NCBI GenBank assembly: GCA_964016885.1
Contig: OZ024740.1
Span: forward strand, 11,098,001 to 11,162,000
Direction of reading: 5' to 3'
Source: Eledone cirrhosa
Taxonomy: Eukaryota
Length of the DNA stretch: 64,000 nucleotides
In this document: positions 43,501 through 53,600 of the stretch, one piece after another
Position numbering within the stretch: position 1 is the first letter of the stretch
Layout of the letters: each line of letters starts with the position of its first letter
Notes under the pieces: model-generated
Database searches by the model: none
Told to the model about the DNA's origin: nothing
Seen by the model: the letters and a program-made list of their open reading frames with translations, nothing else
Position numbers and translations under genes: made by a program

Positions 43501-43999
43501 GCAGTGCTACCGAGGGGCTCTACCCGTTCGAGACAAGCTCCACAGGCATGGGAGCCTGGGTAGGGATCCTTTGAATAAGATCTGTCCGAGATGCGTGCAT
43601 GACGACGAAACCGTTGCGCACGCATTCGTACACTGCCCAGGCATTGCTGACCTGTGGGGCTATGTGGAACGACTACTGTCGAGGGTGGCACCAATCCGGT
43701 TGACCACCGAGTCCATTGTCACGATCAAACCGCCTCCCCCTTTCAAAAACGAAGGAGAGGCGGTTTTTCTCTGTGTGATAGCCATGGCTAAAGAAGTTGT
43801 ATGGTGGATGAGGCTGAAAGGGCTGAGGTCAGACACCTTTCTCTCCGGCCAACAACTGGTCCCCTTTTTCAAATACCATTTTAAAAGAAGGATCAGAATG
43901 GAGAGAGAGGTGCTCTACCCCAGCAAGTTTTATGAAAAGTGGGTGAAAGTAGGGAGAATGGCCAGAGTGAATGGGTCTTCTCTCTATATCAGCCTGTAG
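40574..43999 (+). pseudogene. LINE ORF2: AP-like endonuclease, reverse transcriptase and C-terminal zinc finger, disrupted
   Basis: APE motifs LNVRGL, ICES, VYAP, GDWN, SYLDRV, SDH. GPGYWKLN is readable at about 41286-41309. RT motifs KSPGLDGLP, NFRPITLLN, DQSKAFDRV, RQGCPLS, YADD (42618-42629), KLLGV. C-terminal CPRC-x7-H-x4-C. Frameshifts near 41010, 41270 and 43320, plus an in-frame TAA at 42741-42743. Confidence 0.95.
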
Positions 44000-44230
44000 G
44001 TGAAAGAAGAGGAAAAAGAGGAGACGAGGGAAGCACCTACTCTTTGTGCTCCTGAGAAGGGTTGCACATTTTTTCTGGGGTGTGTGCGATCCATGTTAAT
44101 GCCCCCTCCCTATTGAGGACTTCGTTTGTTGTTGTTATTTCATTGTTATATTTTTGTACTCGTTAATTATATGTAAACTTCCCCCCTTGTATCTGTCCCT
44201 ATCTTTTGTGCTCTGGTGGCAAATAAAGAA

Positions 44231-44718
44231 ATTACTCTATATTTACTATTGTATTGTCACAGTAAAGGCTTTACCTCACATAATATCTCACATAACATTT
44301 ACATTACTCTATATATACTATTGTATTGTCACAGTATAGCCTTTACCTCACATAATATCTCACATAACATTTACATTACTCTATATATACTATTGTATTT
44401 TCACAGTAAAGCGTTTACCTCACATAATATCTCACATAACATTTACATTACTCTATATATACTATTGTATTTTCACAGTAAAGCCTTTACCTCACATAAT
44501 ATCTCACATAACATTTACATTACTCTATATATACTATTGTATTTTCACAGTAAAGCCTTTACCTCACATAATATCTCACATAACATTTACATTACTCTAT
44601 ATATACTATTGTATTTTCACAGTAAAGCCTTTACCTCACATAATATCTCACATAACATTTACATTACTCTATATATACTATTGTATTTTCACAGTAAAGC
44701 CTTTATCTCACATAATAT
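44231..44718. repeat. 72-bp minisatellite, right part (about 6.8 copies)
   Basis: The same unit as 37906-38596 resumes almost in register immediately after the LINE 3' end. Confidence 0.97.
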
Positions 44719-44859
44719 TGAATCTATGAGATTTTGATGTTATTTATATTGAAAACAATTCCTTAACATTGGTATGAGCACCCAACTATGGCTGGTTCAA
44801 ACAGAAAGAGGTGAGAGAATTCTGGCCAGATATGGCTGGTTTAAATGCTAAAGGGTTAA
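44719..44859. mobile_element. One end of a piggyBac-like (TTAA-flanked) MITE or non-autonomous DNA transposon remnant
   Basis: Ends ...gatatggctggtttaaatgctaaaGGG TTAA (44853-44859). The reverse complement TTAA CCCTTTAGCATTTAAACC fits the piggyBac CCC terminus plus TTAA target rule and resembles a common octopus repeat end from memory. No partner end found; left boundary uncertain. Confidence 0.5.
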
Positions 44860-45387
44860 ACTATTCTCAAGTTTCCTCATTGACTAAAACAAATAAGAAG
44901 TTTGTTTGGTTTTTTATAGCTGGATTTTGAAATGTAAAACTGTTCAAATATTACTTACTTCTGTTCCTCTGTGAAGGTCAATATCAGAATGTTCCAAATT
45001 TTCTGTAACTGCTGAACTGATAGATTCATCAAAGTGACGTAGGACCTGAAATTATAACAAATTGTAGAATTTCTTAACTAAGGACATTGGTGGCAAGCTA
45101 AAGACGAAATTGTTAGTGAAGTTCTTTATTTGGGGAGCCTACATGAGGAAGAGCTAGCAGAGGACAACAAGCTAAGACCTACATCAGATTTGTGACATCA
45201 TCAAAGTCCTCTCTTTTGCCACTACATCTCATTTCTGTTACACTCACTTTTTATCTCAGCTCATTTCTATTCTACTCTTCCTACATTTAGCAGTTCATGC
45301 TCACCACACTCCTTTCCAGTCTTCACATATCATCAATATTCATTACTCATGTTTCATTTCCATGTAACGCAACACTTCAAACAGTAA

Positions 45388-45790
45388 CATCAGCATCATC
45401 ATCATCATCATCATTGTTTTATGTCAACTTTTCCATACTGGCATGGGTTGGATGAGTGGTAAGGATGTTGCACTTACAATCATAATGTCGGGAGGTTGGA
45501 TTCTTGGACTAAGTTGTGTGTTGTGTTCTTGAGCAAAACCATTTCATTTCACATTGTTCCAGTATACTCAGCTGAAAATGAGTACCAGCAATAGGTGGGT
45601 GTTTAACCCATTGAAGGACTGGCATCATGTCCAGGGGAGAGTTTTGTACTCTCACTCGCTTCACACCAAGTAAACTTGGATAAGCACCGGCCTGATGAGC
45701 GTCCGGGCTCAAGACACACTTTAGACAGATAGGATGAGACTTTTTGAGGCAATTTTTACAACCAGATGCTCTTCCTGACACCAACTCTTT
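45388..45790 (-). mobile_element. Degenerate retroposon 3' fragment with a (GAT)n tail, interrupted by a SINE
   Basis: (CAT)n at 45388-45414 followed by gttttatgtcaacttttccatactggcatgggttggatg, and after the insert ...ccagatgctcttcctgacaccaac. Both pieces resemble an abundant octopus repeat from memory, not searched. Confidence 0.45.
45450..45738 (+). mobile_element. tRNA-derived SINE with a CORE-like central domain
   Basis: Partial A-box (agtggtaag), B-box-like ggttggattct (45494-45504), CORE-like tgtgttcttgagcaaaaccatttc...ctcagctgaaaatgagtacc. Flanking direct repeat GGATGAG at 45450-45456 and 45732-45738 is a possible target-site duplication. Confidence 0.65.
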
Positions 45791-45794
45791 AGCC

Positions 45795-46140
45795 TTTTAT
45801 GGTAAAGACCCTTCGGTCACGAATGACCATGGGATTTGCACCTAGAAAGTTTCCCTCTGAGGCACAAGTCCAGGCAAGGTTGCCTGTGGAAGACCAGCAG
45901 TCGGCCATACATACCAGACTCCCCTCTCTACGCCACCAATGTTGTCCAAAGGAAAGGCAATGGCTGATACAGCTTGGCAGCAGGGACATCGCAACACATT
46001 TCTACAGCTGAGTAAACTGGAGCAACGGGAAATAAAGTGTCTTGCTTAAGGACACAACACACCACCCAGTCCGAGAATGAAACTCACAACCTCTCAATTG
46101 CAAGACCAATGCTCTAACCACTAAGCCATGTGTCTTCACA
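45795..46140 (-). mobile_element. tRNA-derived SINE with a CORE-like central domain (different 3' half from the neighbouring SINE)
   Basis: Reverse complement reads tgtgaagacacaTGGCTTAGTGGTTAGagc (A-box), then gagtttcattctc (decayed B-box), then tgtgtccttaagcaagacactttatttc...ctcagctgtagaaatg. This aligns by eye with 45507-45582. The 3' boundary is approximate. Confidence 0.7.
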
Positions 46141-46339
46141 GCCTCTTATGACAAGCAAGGATACAATGTACCCTTTCTAAAAACATACTGTGTAAAAATA
46201 AAGTGAAATCTCACCTTGTCAAATCGAATAAGCAGGGAGGTATCTGAACCAAGGGACTGGAATATTCCAGCAAGTTCTACACCAATATAACCAGAGCCAA
46301 CCACTACACATTTTCTGAAATGAAGAATTCATCAGTTTA

Positions 46340-46885
46340 GTTATGATGATGATGATGTTGATAATGATGGGAGTGTTAGTGGTGATATAATGGTGATGGT
46401 AGTGGTGATGGTATAGTGGTGATGGTGTTAGTGGTGGTAGAGTGGTGATGGTAGTGGTGATGGTATAGTGGTGGCGTTGATGATGGTAGTGGTATAGTGG
46501 TGGTGGTATAGTGACGATGGTAGTGGTATAGTGGTGGTGGTAGTGGTGGTATAGTGATGATGGTAGTGGTATAGTGGTGGTGGTAGTGGTGGTATAGTGA
46601 CAATGGGAGTGGTATAGTGGTGGTGTTGATGATGGTAGTGGTGGTAGTGGTGGTGGTAGTGGTGGTATAGTGATGATGGTGGTGGTAGTGGTGGTATAGT
46701 GACAATGGGAGTGGTATAGTGGTGGTGTTGATGATGGTAGTGGTGGTAGTGGTGGTGGTAGTGGTGGTATAGCGACGATGGTAGTGGTATAGTGGTGGTG
46801 TTGATGATGGTAGTGGTATAGTGGTGGTGGTAGTGGTGGTATAGCGATGATGATGATGATGGCAGTGGTGCTGTTGATGATAATG
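46340..46885. repeat. Compound low-complexity triplet repeat (GGT/AGT/GAT/TAT)
   Basis: Seen directly. Contains an internal duplication with a 102-bp offset (caatgggagtggtatag at 46601 and 46703). Confidence 0.92.
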
Positions 46886-46926
46886 TTTACGGTAATTTCT
46901 AACAAATACATGGCTACACATTTGAA

Positions 46927-46941
46927 GGGGGGGGGGGGGGG
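46927..46941 (+). repeat. G15 homopolymer
   Basis: Seen directly; followed by a T-rich run at 46952-46970. Confidence 0.9.
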
Positions 46942-47269
46942 CTAGAAGTACTTTTTTTTTTACTACTTTTTAGTTAGGGATGAAAAGGGCTCAACATCGT
47001 TTGGAGGAGGGACTTCAAGACAGGTGAAAGAGGAAGATGGTATCCTTAAACTAGGGTCAAAGATTTTTTACATAAAATTATGATGGAAGGATTTTAGATA
47101 AAAATGGTATGTTATGGTCCCATAACAAATGATAGAATAATGGAGGGCACCGTAGTTACATACAGCATTTCTGGGGCAGCTGGCAGAACCCATCCCTCCT
47201 CTCCAGGTCTGAGTACAGCAGATTTCTTCCAGAGTAGGATAGAAAGTAACGGAGAGGAAGTGAGAAAGT

Positions 47270-47605
47270 GAATCGATGCTACTACTTGACTGGTACTTTG
47301 TTATCTACCACCCGTACTTGACTGGTACTTTGTTATCTACCACCCGTACTTGACAGGTACTTTGTTATCTACCACCCGTACTTGACAGGTACTTTGTTAT
47401 CTACCCCCATACTTGACAGGTACTTTGTTATCTACCCCCCGTACTTGACAGGTACTTTGTTATCTACCCCCCGTACTTGACAGGTACTTTTTTTATCGAC
47501 TTCGAAAGGATGAAAGGCAAAGTTGACCTCGGCAGGATTTGAACTCAGAGAGCAGAGAGTCAGAATAACATAAAGTATTCTATCTGCCGTTCTAACCACT
47601 CTGTC
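47270..47605 (-). mobile_element. 5' part of a tRNA-derived SINE (octopus OK/OR-like) whose head merges into the 29-bp satellite
   Basis: B-box on the minus strand GAGTTCAAATCC (47535-47546). Body ...tcaactttgcctttcatcctttcgaagtcgataaaa...agtacc..tcaagta resembles abundant octopus SINEs from memory. The A-box lies in the first satellite monomers. Confidence 0.75.
47283..47500. repeat. 32-bp minisatellite (about 7 copies) inside the SINE body
   Basis: Unit TACTTGAC(T/A)GGTACTTTGTTATCTACC(A/C)CCCG starts at 47283, 47315, 47347, 47379, 47410, 47442 and 47474. Confidence 0.95.
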
Positions 47606-50600
47606 ATTCTATCTGACGTTCTAACCACTCTGTCATTCTATCTGCCGTTCTAACCACTCTACCATTCTATCTGCCGTTCTAACCACTCTGCCATTCTATC
47701 TGACGTTCTAACCACTCTACCATTCTATCTGCCGTTCTAACCACTCTGCCATTCTATCTGACGTTCTAACCACTCTACCATTCTATCTGCCGTTCTAACC
47801 ACTCTGCCATTCTATCTGACGTTCTAACAACTCTGCCATTCTATCTGACATTCTAACCACTCTACCATTCTATCTGACGTTCTAACCAATCTACCATTCT
47901 ATCTGACGATCTAACCACTCTAGCATTCTATCTGACGATCTAACCACTCTACCATTCTATCTGACGATCTAACCACTCTAGCATTCTATCTGACGATCTA
48001 ACCACTCTGCCATTCTATCTGACGTTCTAACCACTCTCCCATTCTATCTGACGTTCTAACCACTCTACCATTCTATCTGACGATCTAACCACTCTACCAT
48101 TCTATCTGACGTTCTAACCACTCTGCCATTCTATCTGACGTTCTAACCACTCTACCATTCTATCTGACGTTCTAACCACTCTACGATTCTATCTGACGTT
48201 CTAACAACTCTGCCATTCTATCTGCCGTTCTAACCACTCTACCATTCTATCTGACGTTCTAACCACTCTACCATTCTATCTGCCGTTCTAACCACTCTGC
48301 CATTCTATCTGACGTTCGAACCACTCTACCATTCTATCTGACGTTCTAACCACTCTACCATTCTATCTGCCGTTCTAACCACTCTGCCATTCTATCTGAC
48401 GTTCTAACAACTCTGCCATTCTATCTGACGTTCTAACCAATCTACCATTCTATCTGACGTTCTAACCACTATACCATTCTATCTGACGTTCTAACCACTC
48501 TACCATTCTATCTGCCGTTCTAACCACTCTGCCATTCTATCTGACGTTCTAGCCACTCTACCATTCTATCTGACGTTCTAACCACTCTACCATTCTATCT
48601 GACGATCTAACCATTCTACCATTCTATCTGACGTTCTAACCACTCTACCATTCTATCTGACGTTCTAACCACTCTACCATTGTATCTGACGTTCTAACCA
48701 CTCTACCATTCTATCTGCCGTTCTAACCACTCTGCCATTCTATCTGACGTTCTAACCACTCTACCATTCTATCTGACGTTCTAACCACTCTACCATTCTA
48801 TCTGACGTTCTAACCACTCTACCATTCTATCTGACGTTCTAACCACTCTACCATTTTATCTGACGTTCTAACCACTCTGCCATTCTATCTCACGTGCTAA
48901 CCACTCTACCATTCTATCTGACGTTCTAACCACTCTACCATTCTATCTGACGTTCTAACCACTCTGCCATTTTATCTGCCGTTCTAACAACTCTGCCATT
49001 TTATCTGACGTTCTAACAACTCTGCCATTCTATCTGAGATTCTAACAACTCTGCCATTCTATCTGACGTTCTAACAACTCAGCCATTCTATCTGAGATTC
49101 TAAAAACTCTGCCATTCTATCTGATGTTCTAACCACTCTGCCATTATATATGCCGTTCTAACAACTCTGCCATTCTATCTGAGATTCTAACCACTCTGCC
49201 ATTCTATCTGCCGTTCTAACAACTCTGCCATTCTATCTGCCGTTCTAACCACTCTGCCATTCTATCTGACGTTCTAACAACTCTGCCATTCTATCTGACG
49301 TTCTAACAACTCTGCCATTCTATCTGAGATTCTAACAACTCTGCCATTCTATCTGATATTCTAACCACTCTGCCATTCTATCTGACGTTCTAACAACTCT
49401 GCCATTCTAACTGACGTTCTAACAACTCTGCCATTCTACCTGACGTTCTAACCACTCTACCATTCTACCTGACGTTCTAACAACTCTGCCATTCTTTCTG
49501 AGGTTCTAACCACTCTACCATTCTATCTGAGATTCTAACAACTTTACCATTCTATCTGACGTTCTAACCACTCTGCCATTCTATCTGACGTTCTTACAAC
49601 TCTGCCATTTTATCTCACATTCTAACGACTCTACCATTCTATCTGACGTTCTAACAACTCTGCTATTCTATCTGACGTTCTAACGACTCTACCATTCTAT
49701 CTGACGTTCTAACAACTCTGCCATTCTATCTGAGATTCTAACAACTCTGCCATTCTATCTGATGTTCTAACCACTCTGCCATTCTATCTGCCGTTCTAAC
49801 AACTCTGCCATTCTACCTGAGATTCTAACAACTCTACCATTCTACCTGACGTTCTAACCACCCTGCCATTCTATCTGACGTTCTAACCAATCTACCGTTC
49901 TACCCGACGTTCTAACCACTCTGCCATTCCACCTGACGTTTTAACAACTCTACCATTCTATCTGACGTTCTAACAACTCTGCCATTCTATCTGACGTTCT
50001 AACCGCTGTGCCATTCTATCTGAATCTAACAACTCTGCCATTCTATCTGACGTTCTAACAACTCTGCCATTCTACCCGACGTTCTAACCACTCTACCATT
50101 CTACCTGACGTTCTAACCACTCTACCATTCTATCTGGCGTTCTAACAACTCTGCCATTCTATCTGGCGTTCTAACAACTCTGCCATTCTATCTGACGTTC
50201 TAACAACTCTGCCATTCTATCTGGCGTTCTAACAACTCTGCCATTCTATCTGACGTTCTAACAACTCTGCCATTCCACCTGACGTTTTAACAACTCTACC
50301 ATTCTATCTGACGTTCTAACAACTCTGCCATTCTATCTGGCGTTCTAACAACTCTGCCATTCTATCTGACGTTCTAACAACTCTGCCATTCTACTCGACG
50401 TTCTAAACACTCTACCATTCTACCTGACGTTCTAACCACTCTACCATTCTATCTGGCGTTCTAACAACTCTGCCATTCTATCTGATGTTCTAACCACTCT
50501 GCCATTCTACCCGATGTTCTAACCACTCTACCATTCTACCTGACGTTCTAACAACTCTACCATTCTATCTGACGTTCTAACCACTCTGCCATTCTATCTG

Positions 50601-53600
50601 ACGTTCTAACAACTCTGCCATTCTATCTAAGATTCTGACAACTCTACCATTCTATCTGACGTTCTAACCACTCTGCATTCTACCCGACGTTCTAACCACT
50701 CTACCATTCTACCTGACGTTCTAACAACTCTACCATTCTATCTGACGTTCTAACAACTCTGCCATTCTATCTGGCGTTCTAACAACTCTGCAAATTCTAT
50801 ATGACGTTCTAACCACTCTGCCATTCTACCCAACGTTCTAACCACTCTACCATTCTACCTGACGTTCTAACAACTCTACCATTCTATCTGACGTTCTAAC
50901 AACTCTGCCATTCTATCTGACGTTCTAACAACTCTGCCATTCTATCTAAGATTCTAACAACTCTACCATTCTATCTGACGTACTAACCACTCTGCCATTC
51001 TACCCGACGTTCTAACCACTCTACCATTCTACCTGACGTTCTAACAACTCTGCCATTCTTTCTGACGTTCTAACAACTCTGCCATTCTTTCTGACGTTCT
51101 TACAACTCTGCCATTCTATCTGACGTTCTAACAACTCTGCCATTCTATCTGACGTTCTAACAACTCTGCCATTCTATCTGATGTTCTAACAACTCTGCCA
51201 TTCTATCTGAGATTCTAACAACTCTGCCATTCTATCTGATGTTCTAACCACTCATCCATTCTGACAACTCTGCCATTCTATCTGAGATTCTCACAACTCT
51301 GCCATTCTATGTGAGATTCTAACCACTCTGCCAGTCTATCTGCCGTTCTAACAACTCTGCCATTCTATCTGCCGTTCTAACAACTCTGCCATTCTATCTG
51401 ACGTTCTAACCAACGTTCTAACAACTCTGCCATTCTATCTGAGATTCTAACAACTCTGCCATTCTATCTGACGTTCTAACCACTCTGCCATTCTACCCGA
51501 CGTTCTAACCACTCTACCATTCTACCTGACGTTCTAACAACTCTGCCATTCTTTCTGACGTTCTAACAACTCTGCCATTCTATCTGACATTCTAACAACT
51601 CTACCATTCTATCTGACGTTCTAACAACTCTGCCATTCTATCTGACGTTCTAACCTCCCTGCCATTCTATCTGACGTTCTAACAACTCTGCCATTCTATC
51701 TGAGATTCTAACAGCTCTGCCATTCTATCTGATGTTCTAACCACTCTGCCATTCTATCTGCCGTTCTAACAACTCTGCCATTCTATCTGCCGTTCTAACC
51801 ACTCTGCCATTCTATCTGACGTTCTAACAACTCTGCCATTCTATCTGAGATTCTAACAACTCTGCCATTCTATCTGACGTTCTAACAACTCTACCATTCT
51901 ATCTGACCTTCTAACCGCTCTGCCATTCTATCTGACGTTCTAACAACTCTGTCATTCTATCTGATGTTCTAACCACTCTGCCATTCTATCTGACGTTCTA
52001 ACCACTCTGCCATTCTATCTGACGTTCTAACAACTCTGCCATTCTATCTGACGTTCTCACAACTCTGCCATTCTATCTGACGTTCTAACCACTCTGCCAT
52101 TCTATCTGAGATTCTAAAAACTCTACCATTCTATCTGACGTTCTAACAACTCTGCCATTCTATCTGACGTTCTAACCTCCCTGCCATTCTATCTGACGTT
52201 CTAACAACTCTGCCATTCTATCTGAGATTCTAACAGCTCTGCCATTCTATCTGATGTTCTAACCACTCTGCCATTCTATCTGCCGTTCTAACAACTCTGC
52301 CATTCTATCTGCCGTTCTAACCACTCTGCCATTCTATCTGACGTTCTAACAACTCTGCCATTCTATCTGAGATTCTAACAACTCTGCCATTCTATCTGAC
52401 GTTCTAACAACTCTACCATTCTATCTGACGTTCTAACCGCTCTGCCATTCTATCTGACGTTCTAACAACTCTGTCATTCTATCTGATGTTCTAACCACTC
52501 TGCCATTCTATCTGACGTTCTAACCACTCTGCCATTCTATCTGACGTTCTAACAACTCTGCCATTCTATCTGACGTTCTCACAACTCTGCCATTCTATCT
52601 GACGTTCTAACAACTCTGCCATTCTATCTGAGATTCTAAAAACTCTGCCATTCTATCTGATGTTCTAACCACTCTGCCATTATATATGCCGTTCTAACAA
52701 CTCTGCCATTCTATCTGACGTTCTAACAACTCTGCCATTCTATCTGAGATTCTAACCACTGCCATTCTATCTGCCATTCTAACAACTCTGCCATTCTATC
52801 TGCCGTTCTAACCACTCTGCCATTCTATCTGACGTTCTAACAACTCTGCCATTCTATCTGACGTTCTAACAACTCTGCCATTCTATCTGAGATTCTAACA
52901 ACTCTGCCATTCTATCTGATGTTCTAACCACTCTGCCATTCTATCTGACGTTCTAACAACTCTGCCATTCTACCTGACGTTCTAACCACTCTACCATTCT
53001 ACCTGACGTTCTAACAACTCTGCCATTCTTTCTGAGGTTCTAACCACTCTACCATTCTATCTGAGATTCTAACAACTTTACCATTCTATCTGACGTTCTA
53101 ACAACTCTGCCATTTTATCTCACATTCTAACGACTCTACCATTCTATCTGACGTTCTAACAACTCTGCTATTCTATCTGACGTTCTAACGACTCTGCCAT
53201 TCTATCTGATGTTCTATCAACTCTGCCATTTTATCGGACCTTCTAACAACTCTGCCATTCTATCTGACGTTCTAACCACTCTACCATTCTATATGAGATT
53301 CTAACAACTCTACCATTCTATCTGACTTTCTAACCACTCTACCATTCTATCTGAGATTCTAACAACTCTACCATTCTATCTGACGTTCTAACCACCCTAC
53401 CATTCTATCTGGCGTTCTAACCACTCTACCATTCTACCTGACGTTCTAACAACTCTACCATTCTATCTGACGTTCTAACCACTCTACCATTCTATCTGAG
53501 ATTCTAACAGCTCTACCATTCTATCTGACTTTCTAAGAACTCTGCCATTCTATCTGGCGTTCTAACAACTCTGCCATTCTATCTGACGTTCTAACCACTC

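Larger units (their letters stand above)
38597..44230 (+). mobile_element. Apparently full-length non-LTR retrotransposon (L1/Tx1 group LINE), about 5.6 kb, inactivated by a few frameshifts and stops
   Basis: Unique sequence bounded on both sides by the same 72-bp repeat. It comprises a 5' UTR, ORF1 with CX2CX4HX4C, a 21-bp spacer, ORF2 with APE, RT and C-terminal Cys/His motifs, and a T-rich 3' UTR ending in AAATAAAGAA. Confidence 0.95.

Noticed and set aside
38907-43872. Minus-strand and alternate-frame ORFs over the LINE
   Set aside because: Shadow ORFs from compositional bias; the recognisable motifs are all in the + strand ORF1/ORF2 frames.
37881-44737. ORFs 37881..38621 and 44216..44737 as membrane-like repeat proteins
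   Set aside because: They are translations of the 72-bp minisatellite.
45685-45720. CTGATGAG...CTC as a hammerhead ribozyme core
   Set aside because: No GAAA after the putative stem II (the sequence is ctcaagac), and I could not form stems I and III.
46060-46140. tRNA gene
   Set aside because: The B-box is decayed, no cloverleaf is evident, and it continues into a SINE body.
46219-46921. Thr/His/Pro-rich ORFs as mucin or extensin-like genes
   Set aside because: Translations of a low-complexity triplet repeat, with no supporting gene structure.
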